This document shows positions 9,562 through 17,631 of a stretch of 64,000 bases of DNA, in pieces (the stretch's first letter is position 1; each line of letters begins with the position of its first letter). The notes under the pieces are model-generated. The model saw nothing but the letters and a program-made list of their open reading frames with translations, searched no databases and had not been told where the DNA came from. The DNA is taken from assembly GCA_046761005.1 (NCBI GenBank), contig JBHIFI010000002.1:1914-65913 (forward strand). The letters are read 5' to 3'. Source of the DNA: Thermoplasmata archaeon (GTDB lineage: Archaea > Thermoplasmatota > Thermoplasmata > RBG-16-68-12 > JAGMCJ01). A program made the position numbers and the translations under genes.

Positions 9562-10413
9562 TCACTCCCTTATTCTCTTCAGTAGATTATCTAATTCCTC
9601 TTTGCTCAGCCCGATTGTGGGGTAGAATACTGGAATCCCCTTCGCGGGTGTGTACTTATCCCGGTCCTCCCATGTCGTTACGAATCCTTGACAGCGGGAT
9701 TTATCAATGAGAGGATCTAGGTCAGACCAACTGTCCGGAGAATAGGCTTTCAGGCGGATGTCCCAATTCCTGAGCGGGTCAAAGGTCTCCGACTCGTCAA
9801 AACGCGAGATGTGAACCTTGCATCCCCTCTTCATCATCAGCCATGCTCCTACGAGACCCTCAGAAGAGTCTACAACCGCAAGCACCGCTCCCTGCGTGCC
9901 GAGCGGCATCCCGCCAGGTGCAGGAATTCTCTCGCTGAATACATAGGCGCCTTTTCCCCTCACTTCAATGAAGACCTCAATATCGGGCTGGCTCAAATCT
10001 ACCTCGAGATTCTCGATGCGGGACTGTATCGCCCTTCCTACATAGCTCGCAAGCTCCTGACTCGTGTACTTGTGATCTCCAGTCCTCCTCGTTCTAACGG
10101 CAAATTTCTTTCCCGGTTTCAATTCTGAGCGAAACCTCTTGATCGCGACTTGCGCTATGTCCTCCATGTCAGAACTCGTAGTTTCCGCAACGCTAAATGA
10201 CGTAATACCGAATATTCTGCTCAGAATCTCTGAGGCGTGTCGAATCTCATCTGTATCCAGATAGATTCTTCCATATTCGGACCTCATCATGCACTCCACG
10301 CCCCTATGAAGGAAATAATCCTGTATGTTTGTGACAAGCCTATCCTGAAATTTTCGCCTCACCCAGTTGCTTTTCAGAGCGATTTCACCATATCTTATCA
10401 GGAATCTTGGCAT
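9562..10413 (-). CDS. THUMP-domain protein, ThiI-like with degenerate PP-loop (short tRNA sulfurtransferase paralog)
   Basis: N-terminal ferredoxin-like + THUMP pattern (RYGEIALKSNWVRRKF... KKFAVRTRRTGDHKYTSQELASYVG). The region that aligns to the ThiI PP-loop (GG.P.G..G.VLLLSGGIDSPVAAYLMMKRG) reads GGMPLGTQGAVLAVVDSSEGLVGAWLMMKRG, so the SGGxDS motif is lost. The protein is only 283 aa versus about 380+ for ThiI. Confidence 0.6.
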   Translation of the reverse strand: MPRFLIRYGEIALKSNWVRRKFQDRLVTNIQDYFLHRGVECMMRSEYGRIYLDTDEIRHASEILSRIFGITSFSVAETTSSDMEDIAQVAIKRFRSELKPGKKFAVRTRRTGDHKYTSQELASYVGRAIQSRIENLEVDLSQPDIEVFIEVRGKGAYVFSERIPAPGGMPLGTQGAVLAVVDSSEGLVGAWLMMKRGCKVHISRFDESETFDPLRNWDIRLKAYSPDSWSDLDPLIDKSRCQGFVTTWEDRDKYTPAKGIPVFYPTIGLSKEELDNLLKRIRE

Positions 10414-10484
10414 GTGTCCTCCCCTATGCCATGCTTGGATAATATCTTTCTCGGTAGTTTAATAGTGCTCATATCTATTTCCGC

Positions 10485-11288
10485 GTGATGGAAACTTGGA
10501 CGGCGGCCATCCTTATCACGATGGTCTTCGGTGTAGCCTTCATTTATTCCAACCTAGGTCTAGGCGGAGGTCTTCTGTTCGTCCCCATCCTTCTCTCGCT
10601 CACAACCTATCCCAAGGAAGTCGTCGTGCCGATCTCACTGACCTTCACGATTGCAACATCACTTTCAGCCACGCTGAACCATCAAAGAAAGGGTCTGGTT
10701 GACTTCAATCTCGCTCTCGCTCTCCTTTCCGGAGCGCTTGTCGGTGCAGTTTTCGGAGTACTATTCAATCTCAATGTGCCAAAAGAGGTATTCTACGCGG
10801 TTTTCATTGCCGTCGTCCTTGTCATGGCGTCAAAGATGCTCAGAGACTGGATGCAGAAGGCGAGGGACGAGGATAGCGACGATGTATCCAAGGTGACGAG
10901 GCCTAGAAAGTTTCTGAGTTCCACTGGAACACTTGCCTCAGGATTCACATCAGGGAGTCTCGGCATCGGTGGCGGTCTTGTCAATGTTCCACTCATGGAA
11001 TATGTCTTGGGTTTGGGGGCGAGGAGGGCCATAGGAACGTCAAGCCTGATGATAATATTCACCGGAGCCTTTGGCTTCTTCACTTATCTTCTTCTTGGAA
11101 CTCCGGAGCCAATCGATTTGAATCTGGTGCTAATGCTATGGCCCTTTGTTTTCGTGGGCGCATTCGTCGGCTCCAGATGGGGTCTCGAAAAGCTGAAGAG
11201 CAGGGTCGTGGCTCTTATTTTCATAGTCGTGGTTTTCCTAGCCGCCCTCAAAATGGCACTCGATCTCTATTTCTTCCTTCTGCTGTGA
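10485..11288 (+). CDS. TauE/SafE (DUF81) family membrane transporter (sulfite/anion exporter-like)
   Basis: Two internal repeats, each with the glycine-rich signature (LGLGGGLLFVPILLSL; GSLGIGGGLVNVPLMEYVLGL). About 8 predicted TM helices. Confidence 0.75.
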   Translation: MMETWTAAILITMVFGVAFIYSNLGLGGGLLFVPILLSLTTYPKEVVVPISLTFTIATSLSATLNHQRKGLVDFNLALALLSGALVGAVFGVLFNLNVPKEVFYAVFIAVVLVMASKMLRDWMQKARDEDSDDVSKVTRPRKFLSSTGTLASGFTSGSLGIGGGLVNVPLMEYVLGLGARRAIGTSSLMIIFTGAFGFFTYLLLGTPEPIDLNLVLMLWPFVFVGAFVGSRWGLEKLKSRVVALIFIVVVFLAALKMALDLYFFLLL

Positions 11289-11371
11289 TGTTGGGAGAGT
11301 CAAGTCTTTCTGCCTTCCAGAACTCATGATTCCAAAGGATGTTAGAATGACACCTCTGAGCCTTGCCAGAA

Positions 11372-12034
11372 TCATGCGAACATGGTCCTCGGTGTTGCCG
11401 AAAAGGTCCACTTTTCCTTGTTTTTGTAAAGGTCGCGAAGAAGATTCGTGGCAACTTTTGTCTCCAACTTACTTAGGAGTCTTGCGACATGCTTGCACAT
11501 CAGCTTCTCCGACATCCAAGCTATCCAGTCACCGCAATCATGAGCGAATATTCTTGACTTGAGATCTACTTTAATGAGATACTCCTTGACTCTGGAAACG
11601 ATGTACTCGTCCGTTACCTTATCTATTCTCACTCTGTCATCGAGAATCTCTCTTGAACTCTGGATCCTCTTCCTTCCCACGAAATGGAGCAAGAGGTTAT
11701 CTAGCGAGAGGTTCTCAGGATCTGCATCTTCAGCAAATACAAGATCAGGCGTTCTCTCAGAACCGCCGATAGCCTCCTGAAACTCCTTCGGATCTATTCC
11801 GAATCTCTCAAGGGCCGAATCGATTCTTTGGTCGATGTATAGGCACTCCTCCTCAGTGTATTTCCTTCGGCTCCTGTCCATGCTGAAGAACCTCCGCGCG
11901 AGCTTCGCTCTTCTTGGAGTGTCCAACGGATACTTCCAGTTTTCAGGATCAGCGTACAGTTCTGGATCAGTGGGGAAGCCTGGAGGAGGCCTCATCCATG
12001 CACCTCCCCTTCGGACAGGCCTTTTCCCCTTCAT
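11372..12034 (-). CDS. Hypothetical protein (no recognisable domain); lies immediately downstream of the transposase
   Basis: Uninterrupted 220-codon ORF with plausible composition. The basic/proline-rich N-terminus (MKGKRPVRRGGAWMRPPPGFP) may precede the true start. Confidence 0.4.
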   Translation of the reverse strand: MKGKRPVRRGGAWMRPPPGFPTDPELYADPENWKYPLDTPRRAKLARRFFSMDRSRRKYTEEECLYIDQRIDSALERFGIDPKEFQEAIGGSERTPDLVFAEDADPENLSLDNLLLHFVGRKRIQSSREILDDRVRIDKVTDEYIVSRVKEYLIKVDLKSRIFAHDCGDWIAWMSEKLMCKHVARLLSKLETKVATNLLRDLYKNKEKWTFSATPRTMFA

Positions 12035-12102
12035 CAGAAATCAAACTGCCAACAACTATTCAAAACTTCTTGCAGAAAAGGCTTTGAGACGAAATTACCC
12101 TA

Positions 12103-12987
12103 TCATCCTAGCTGGGAGGAGAAGCCGGGCTTGATTCCGAATAGGTACCTCAGATAGCACAGTCTCTTCAGGTTGTGGCAGCAGGCCCTTGTGAAGGCCT
12201 CCGTGCGTCTTCTCCATCTCAATCTCCGACGAAGGGGGAGAGGGAAATCCCTCTTGAAGATGGAATACCCGCTTTCTGCAATGGATCGGGAGTGATACTC
12301 CCTCAACCATTCCTGAGTGTCACGAATGAAGGAATGAAGCATGTGAATCCACGCATCGCTCCCTTTCCTCTTGAGGGTTATTCCCCTCTTAGGGAAGAGC
12401 CTGGGAGCGGCTCCCAAATCCTCTATGGCAGTGCAGTTCTCTCTTGATAGGAATCCCGCATCCCCGCTGACGACCTCTAGGAAAGAATATCCCTTCGAGT
12501 CCTCCATCATGGAGGGAAGCATTGGAGACTCGTTCCCATCTGGGTTCTCCATCACATGAAAGGAGGAGAAGAGCTTGTATCTCCTTCCTATGGCCGTGAC
12601 TATCTTCTCATACCTTTTAGTCTTCTTTCCTCCCTTCTTGTCCGACTCGTAGTTCCTCTCCATGGACCTCGAGAGTCCTGTGCCGTCAACTGCAATCTCT
12701 TTCTCCACATCTCTGACTGCATCCTGAGTAAGGGAGAAGAGCATATCCAGGAGTTTCCTCACATCGTGATTCTCATACGCTCTTTCGACCGTCTTGTAGG
12801 AGAACACCCTCGATAGGTCAAGCTTCTCCTTGAAGAGAAGGAGGAGGCCCTCCGCCTTCCTGTTGGGCACACCGGAGCCCAAGCAGAGAAAACGAAGCTT
12901 TTCGTAGAGGCCACACGGTGCCAGCTTCCGGCATATACTAATATCCTCTTCTACGTCTGAAAGCCTCCTCAACGAGAACCTGATCAT
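12103..12987 (-). CDS. DDE transposase, IS4/IS5-superfamily-like (DDE_Tnp_1 type)
   Basis: Candidate DDE triad: AVDGTGLS (D1), SGDAGFLSREN (D2), and the C-terminal block YHSRSIAESGYSIFKRDFPLPLRRRLRWRRRTEAFTRACCHNLKRL, which matches the Y..R..IE..F..K ... R-rich ... YNL.R signature of IS5-like transposases. The annotated ATG 12987 overlaps the relE 3' end in another frame; the true start may be the internal TTG/GTG. Confidence 0.7.
   Translation of the reverse strand: MIRFSLRRLSDVEEDISICRKLAPCGLYEKLRFLCLGSGVPNRKAEGLLLLFKEKLDLSRVFSYKTVERAYENHDVRKLLDMLFSLTQDAVRDVEKEIAVDGTGLSRSMERNYESDKKGGKKTKRYEKIVTAIGRRYKLFSSFHVMENPDGNESPMLPSMMEDSKGYSFLEVVSGDAGFLSRENCTAIEDLGAAPRLFPKRGITLKRKGSDAWIHMLHSFIRDTQEWLREYHSRSIAESGYSIFKRDFPLPLRRRLRWRRRTEAFTRACCHNLKRLCYLRYLFGIKPGFSSQLG
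12103..12987 (-). mobile_element. Insertion sequence (transposase ORF span; terminal inverted repeats not identified, ends undetermined)
   Basis: Single DDE transposase ORF. I could not locate terminal IRs or a TSD by eye in 12035-12102 or 12988-13060. Confidence 0.45.
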
Positions 12988-13198
12988 CCTTTATTACGTA
13001 TAGGAATCTGTTATTCCCCAGACGGAGCCGATAGAACGGTTTCTTACCTCTCATCTTCTTGATATCACATCCAGACCGGGTTTTGTATGGGTCATCTGAC
13101 AGTCTTTTCAAACTCTCATAGCATCTTTTTCTCTCACCCTTAGGAAGGGAATCCAGATATTTTTCAACATCTGGATGAAGAAAAACAGAATAACTCAT
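12938..13198 (-). CDS. relE: RelE/ParE-family toxin (type II toxin-antitoxin mRNA interferase)
   Basis: 86 aa. ...KKPFYRLRLGNNRFLYVIKDDQVLVEEAFRRRRGY matches the archaeal RelE fold signature (YR.R.GdyR.iY.v..d..v.il.i..RgraY). It overlaps the upstream RHH gene by 4 nt. Confidence 0.7.
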   Translation of the reverse strand: MSYSVFLHPDVEKYLDSLPKGERKRCYESLKRLSDDPYKTRSGCDIKKMRGKKPFYRLRLGNNRFLYVIKDDQVLVEEAFRRRRGY

Positions 13199-13422
13199 TC
13201 CAAACCTCTAGATCTACCGTATTCTTCAAGAGAGATGTGCTTATCTCTATCCCTCTCCGCCTTTTCGTGCAAGTAGGAAGAAAAATCATCGAATTTCTCA
13301 CGTAATAGTTCTCGAATAAATTCCCCCTTAGAGGTATATTCTCCCCTTTCCACAAGTTCTTCTAGCTCCTCGTATTGAGTTTCCGTCACTCTAACGTTCA
13401 ATGTTCTTGTTTTCGCCGTCAC
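13195..13422 (-). CDS. Ribbon-helix-helix (CopG/ParD-like) antitoxin
   Basis: The translation from the internal GTG (VTAKTRTLNVRVTETQYEELEELVERGEYTSKGEFIRELLREKF...) is a typical RHH antitoxin N-terminus. The ORF-track start is 13452; I prefer GTG at 13422. Confidence 0.6.
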   Translation of the reverse strand: MTAKTRTLNVRVTETQYEELEELVERGEYTSKGEFIRELLREKFDDFSSYLHEKAERDRDKHISLEEYGRSRGLE

Positions 13423-13573
13423 GTGTACCACTGTGTTGCTAATGTAACACACGATTCATATAACTTTCGGTTAGCCAACCATTTACCGCCTACCAAGAAA
13501 ACGAGGGAGGTACGGCTAGGATTTCACTTAACGTTCTATGGGTATCAACTGCGTTGAATGATTCTTGATAGTC

Positions 13574-14455
13574 TCAACGATTCCGAACCGACCAACAGCA
13601 TTTCTTATATTTCTTCCCACTTCCACAAGGACACGGTTCGTTCCGACCTATCTTTTTTCGTTTGGATTTCTTTGGCGTGGTTCTTGACCTTACTTTCTTC
13701 TCGGGTTTAAAACATGCCCACCATTCCATGCAACGTATGGTATCGTCTATGAATTGGTAATGTTCATCGTCTTCAAGACGGATAAGATTTTCTTCCCATT
13801 CCATAGAGAGATGTTCGTTCACATCTTCTAAATTGATGAAGAACGGATCGACTAGACCTTCTTCATGGGCCTTCTTCATATCCTCAAAAACCTCTCTAGC
13901 GCATAGGTCCGAACTACATGCTACCAGTCCGGTCCAAACGAATGAGTATGTTCTTTCAAGTTTTCCTGTAAAGAGACTCTTGTAATAAGCAATTATTTCA
14001 TCCCGTGTTTTCTCACCATTGACTACCAACGTCAAAAGCGCTCTTAAGCCTGCATCTCTCACATATCCATCTGCGTCTCTGCTCTCTATGAGTTGTTCTA
14101 TCAAGGTTGTATCACCTTGGCATACGGATGCGAGAACACGCGGCAAGTCCTCACACACGAACTCCCCGGCAATGCTATCAGAAGTATCCCCCGGGTGAGA
14201 AAAAAGGTCAACTATTAGAGGGTAGGCACGTTTTTCCCTAAACTGTGCAAGCAGAAACATCGAATATATGTGTGCAAAGTAGTCAGGTCTCTCTTTGATG
14301 TAATCAATGTTCCTTTCGGCGTTTTCCAAAATCCTCAGAAGCTCAGGTATGATAACCTCTTTCTGTTTGATGGCCTCCTGGACGGCCTCATAGGGAAATG
14401 AACCTGTATTGTATTCCAATTTTGACAAGATTTCCTGGGTTTCCAGAATAACCAC
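13574..14455 (-). CDS. DUF1186-like protein with C-terminal SEC-C metal-binding motif (YecA/SecA-C-like)
   Basis: The C-terminus [18 protein letters not shown] is the SEC-C motif (the zinc-binding motif at the SecA C-terminus). The gene is about 40% GC versus about 50-55% for neighbouring core genes (hand-counted 60-nt samples). Confidence 0.6.
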   Translation of the reverse strand: MVILETQEILSKLEYNTGSFPYEAVQEAIKQKEVIIPELLRILENAERNIDYIKERPDYFAHIYSMFLLAQFREKRAYPLIVDLFSHPGDTSDSIAGEFVCEDLPRVLASVCQGDTTLIEQLIESRDADGYVRDAGLRALLTLVVNGEKTRDEIIAYYKSLFTGKLERTYSFVWTGLVACSSDLCAREVFEDMKKAHEEGLVDPFFINLEDVNEHLSMEWEENLIRLEDDEHYQFIDDTIRCMEWWACFKPEKKVRSRTTPKKSKRKKIGRNEPCPCGSGKKYKKCCWSVRNR

Positions 14456-14563
14456 CTCTTAAGTGCCGGATTCAGCGTAACGGGATGCAGAAGGAGATTG
14501 AATTGCTATACTAAGTAATTTCTCGGTCATGCGCGTTCCGCTGCCTTAGGAAGACACTGGGTA

Positions 14564-14648
14564 TGCGGAGGCGAGGATTCGAACCCCGGAACTCCTTCGA
14601 GACTAGACCCTGAATCTAGCGCCGTTGACCAGACTTGGCTACCTCCGC
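14564..14648 (-). tRNA. tRNA-Leu (anticodon CAG), 85 nt, no encoded CCA
   Basis: Cloverleaf derived by hand: acceptor GCGGAGG/CCTCCGC; D arm GCCA-AGTCTGGTCAA-CGGC; anticodon stem CTAGA/TCTAG with loop TTCAGGG; 14-nt variable arm (class II); T arm CGGGG-TTCGAAT-CCTCG; discriminator A. A TTTTTATT TATA-like box lies about 33 nt upstream. Confidence 0.85.
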
Positions 14649-14718
14649 ATCGAGCGTTTGCTCTAATACGGTGGCGAATAAAAAGCTTGTGAGCGGGAAT
14701 TGAAGAAAAGAAAGTGGT

Positions 14719-14943
14719 TTATCTCTTCCTCTTCATTATTTTCATCCAGCCGCCAGATTCATAGACCTGGAGCCTTCTTCTCTTAAGTGTCGACTCAAAC
14801 TCGTCCCAGGTTATGATTTCCAAGCGGGCATTCTTTCCCTTAGTGAACTGGATGCCGTCCGTTCCTTTTACTCTTCCCGGCTTCAGTCCCTTCTTCTTCG
14901 CTATCTCCATCGCCTTTTCGGGTGTTATTGGTTGCATCACCAT
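14719..14943 (-). CDS. Small basic hypothetical protein (74 aa)
   Basis: Compact ORF (MVMQPITPEKAMEIAKKKGLKPGRVKGTDGIQFTKGKNARLEIITWDEFESTLKRRRLQVYESGGWMKIMKRKR) with coding-like composition. No domain recognised. Confidence 0.4.
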   Translation of the reverse strand: MVMQPITPEKAMEIAKKKGLKPGRVKGTDGIQFTKGKNARLEIITWDEFESTLKRRRLQVYESGGWMKIMKRKR

Positions 14944-15098
14944 TTCTTTCCCTCCGATCTTTCGGTCCTATCTCTGGCTTATAGCCAGACGGTAATTATG
15001 TTATCCATATAAATACTTTTTCGAGCCAGGCTCTCACCAGAGGCAGTTTTAGGGAGCCAAATGAATAAAAATAACTATATGAAATATGATAGGGATTC

Positions 15099-16406
15099 AT
15101 GGGTCTATTCGGTACTTCTGGAATCCGCGGAAGGGTTGGCCGGGAGATCACTATCAATCTCTTCCAGGACGTTGGCCGTGCGGTCGGCACCGACTTCCAG
15201 GATTGCGTTGTGGGACATGACCCCAGGACTTCGAGCGAGATGCTAGAATGTGCTTTCATATCCGGTTTTCTTTCTGCAGGTGGTGATTGCTTTTTGGCGG
15301 GAATGGTTCCCACACCCACACTAGCTTGGGCGGCGAGAAACCACTCCTGCGGAGCAATGATAACCGCTTCGCATAACCCCCCTGAGTACAACGGAATCAA
15401 GCTCTGGAACCCAAACGGGCTTTCATTTGTATCCCGCCAGAGAGCGAGGATCGAGGAACTTATTGAGAAGGGCGACTTTGCCAAAGCCTCGTGGAAGAAT
15501 GTGGGAAGAACAGAGGCAGTAGAGAACGCCATCTCGGAACACGTCGAATCGATATTGAGGAAGGTCAGTGAGTGCACAATCCGAGTCGTCGTGGATTGTG
15601 GTGGGGGTGCAACGTCGGAAACCACGCCTCTGGTTTTGGAAAAAATGGGCTGCGATGTCATGCCATTGAATTGTGAGCCCGATGGGCACTTTCGCAATAG
15701 AAGCCCAGAGCCTATTGAGGAGAATCTGACATCGCTCAAGGAGGCGGTTCTTTCTAGGAAGGCCGATTTAGGAATCGCACACGATGGTGATGGGGACAGG
15801 ATGGTTGCAATCGACGAAAAGGGACACTATGTTGGAGGAGATGTCCTTCTATCAATCTTTGCGACGGAGGAAGTAGAAAACTCTCTTACCGTTCCCATAA
15901 ACGCCTCGATGGCCTTGGACGACATCCTACCTGACGCAAAGATATGGAGGACGAAGGTGGGCGATGTCTATGTCGGAGAGGAGGTGCAAAGGCGCGGGGC
16001 TGATTTTGGCGGGGAACCTTCGGGAACATGGATATTTCCAAAGCACTTCCTGTGTCCAGACGGTGTGTTCGCTGCCGCGAAGCTGGTTAATATCGTCGCT
16101 CGCAAACCATTGTCGGAACTGATAGAAAGCATTCCAAGATATCCCATGATCGAAAGATCGATCTCCTTTGAACCCTCAAGAAAGCAGGAGATAATCTCCA
16201 AACTCAAAGAGGGTATTGAGTGCATTGAATGTATCTCGACTGACACGATTGATGGTTGGCGGCTCGATTTTAAGGATGGTTGGGTTTTGATCAGACCAAG
16301 TGGTACGGAACCCAAGATAAGAATCACTGCTGAGGCCAGGGAAGAGAGTAGAGCAAAAGAAATATACGGCTCGATGATTTCTCTAGCAAGGGAAGTGATT
16401 TCTTGA
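15099..16406 (+). CDS. glmM: Phosphoglucosamine/phosphomannose mutase (alpha-D-phosphohexomutase family, archaeal GlmM-like)
   Basis: N-terminal MGLFGTSGIRG, catalytic TASHNPPEYNGIK (phosphoserine loop), metal-binding DGDGDR. A TATA-like ACTATATGAAATAT lies about 26 nt upstream (leaderless). Confidence 0.85.
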   Translation: MGLFGTSGIRGRVGREITINLFQDVGRAVGTDFQDCVVGHDPRTSSEMLECAFISGFLSAGGDCFLAGMVPTPTLAWAARNHSCGAMITASHNPPEYNGIKLWNPNGLSFVSRQRARIEELIEKGDFAKASWKNVGRTEAVENAISEHVESILRKVSECTIRVVVDCGGGATSETTPLVLEKMGCDVMPLNCEPDGHFRNRSPEPIEENLTSLKEAVLSRKADLGIAHDGDGDRMVAIDEKGHYVGGDVLLSIFATEEVENSLTVPINASMALDDILPDAKIWRTKVGDVYVGEEVQRRGADFGGEPSGTWIFPKHFLCPDGVFAAAKLVNIVARKPLSELIESIPRYPMIERSISFEPSRKQEIISKLKEGIECIECISTDTIDGWRLDFKDGWVLIRPSGTEPKIRITAEAREESRAKEIYGSMISLAREVIS

Positions 16407-17626
16407 AGGCGTTCATACTGGCTGCGGGTGAGGGAACGAGAATGAGACCACTCACGGCTAACATCCCCAAGCCCTTGTTGCCAGTGGCAGGGAAGCCATT
16501 CATTGTCCATATGATCGATGGACTCAGGGAGGCGGGAATCAAAGAAGCCACCATCCTCATAGGTTGGAGGGGAAGGAGGGTAAAGGAACACCTTAAGGAT
16601 GGAAAAAATCTTGGCATCAGGATAAGATACGAGGAGCAGGAGAAGAGGCTTGGGACAGCTCATGCAATAGGACTTGCCGAGAAGCACATGAAGCAGAAGT
16701 TCCTATGCATGAATGGTGACATAATTCTCCCCCCAGAACCGCTTCGAGATTTCATAGAATTCTCTCGAGGCAAAGGAAATGTTGTGGGCCTGACGAGGGT
16801 GGAGGATTCCCGCAGTTTTGGTGTGGTCGACCTTAAGGGAGACATCATTCAGGGAATAGAGGAAAAGCCTGAAAGGCCCAAATCCGATCTCATAAATGCT
16901 GGTATCTACGTTTTCCAGCGAGAAATCTTTGAGGTGATTTCGAAGACGAAAAAATCACCCCGCGGGGAGTATGAGATAACCGATTCTCTGAAGATACTTA
17001 TGAAGAAAAAGAAGGTTTATGGTTTTGTCGTTCCCAACGATTGGATCGATGTCGGAAGACCATGGGACCTTCTTAGTGCGAACTCCATTCTTATGAAAAG
17101 TATAGAGTCAAAAACGGACGGAGAATTGGAGAAGAATGTCATCGTTGAAGGTGAGGTCCGAATTGGAAAGGGAACGAGAGTGAGAAGTGGGACAATGATT
17201 CAAGGACCCGTGGTGATAGGGGAAGACTGCAGCATCGGTCCGAATTCTGTTATTAGGGGAAGCACCTACATAGGGAACGGATGCAAGGTGGGTGCTGGCT
17301 GTGAGGTGAAGAATTCAATCATCATGAACGACACCCACATTCCCCATCACAATTATGTTGGGGATAGCATCATCGCAGAAAGGTGCAACTTGGGCTCAGG
17401 AACGAAGATAGCCAATCTCCGACTGGATGAGGGTAACATCCGAGTCTTCATCAAGGGAAGGAAAATCGATACCGGCCTAAGAAAGCTCGGTACCATAATG
17501 GGCGATGATGTCAAGACAGGAATAAACGCCTCCATTGACGCAGGAACAATCATAGGCGAGGGATCTTTCGTCGGCCCTGGAGCTCTTGTGGGAGGCTTCA
17601 TATCTTCAAATAGCAGGATATACTGA
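16403..17626 (+). CDS. glmU: Bifunctional sugar-1-phosphate nucleotidyltransferase / acetyltransferase (archaeal GlmU-like)
   Basis: N-terminal nucleotidyltransferase motif ILAAGEGTRMRPLT...KPLLPVAGKP. The C-terminal half carries left-handed beta-helix hexapeptide repeats (IGEDCSIGPNSVIRGSTYIGNGCKVGAGCEV...). TTG start overlaps the glmM stop (TTGA). Confidence 0.8.
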   Translation: MKAFILAAGEGTRMRPLTANIPKPLLPVAGKPFIVHMIDGLREAGIKEATILIGWRGRRVKEHLKDGKNLGIRIRYEEQEKRLGTAHAIGLAEKHMKQKFLCMNGDIILPPEPLRDFIEFSRGKGNVVGLTRVEDSRSFGVVDLKGDIIQGIEEKPERPKSDLINAGIYVFQREIFEVISKTKKSPRGEYEITDSLKILMKKKKVYGFVVPNDWIDVGRPWDLLSANSILMKSIESKTDGELEKNVIVEGEVRIGKGTRVRSGTMIQGPVVIGEDCSIGPNSVIRGSTYIGNGCKVGAGCEVKNSIIMNDTHIPHHNYVGDSIIAERCNLGSGTKIANLRLDEGNIRVFIKGRKIDTGLRKLGTIMGDDVKTGINASIDAGTIIGEGSFVGPGALVGGFISSNSRIY

Positions 17627-17631
17627 GGGAA

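Noticed and set aside
12035-13060. Defined IS boundaries, terminal inverted repeats or a target-site duplication for the transposase
   Set aside because: I could not find matching inverted repeats flanking 12103-12987 by eye. Defining them needs computational self-alignment or comparison with other copies.
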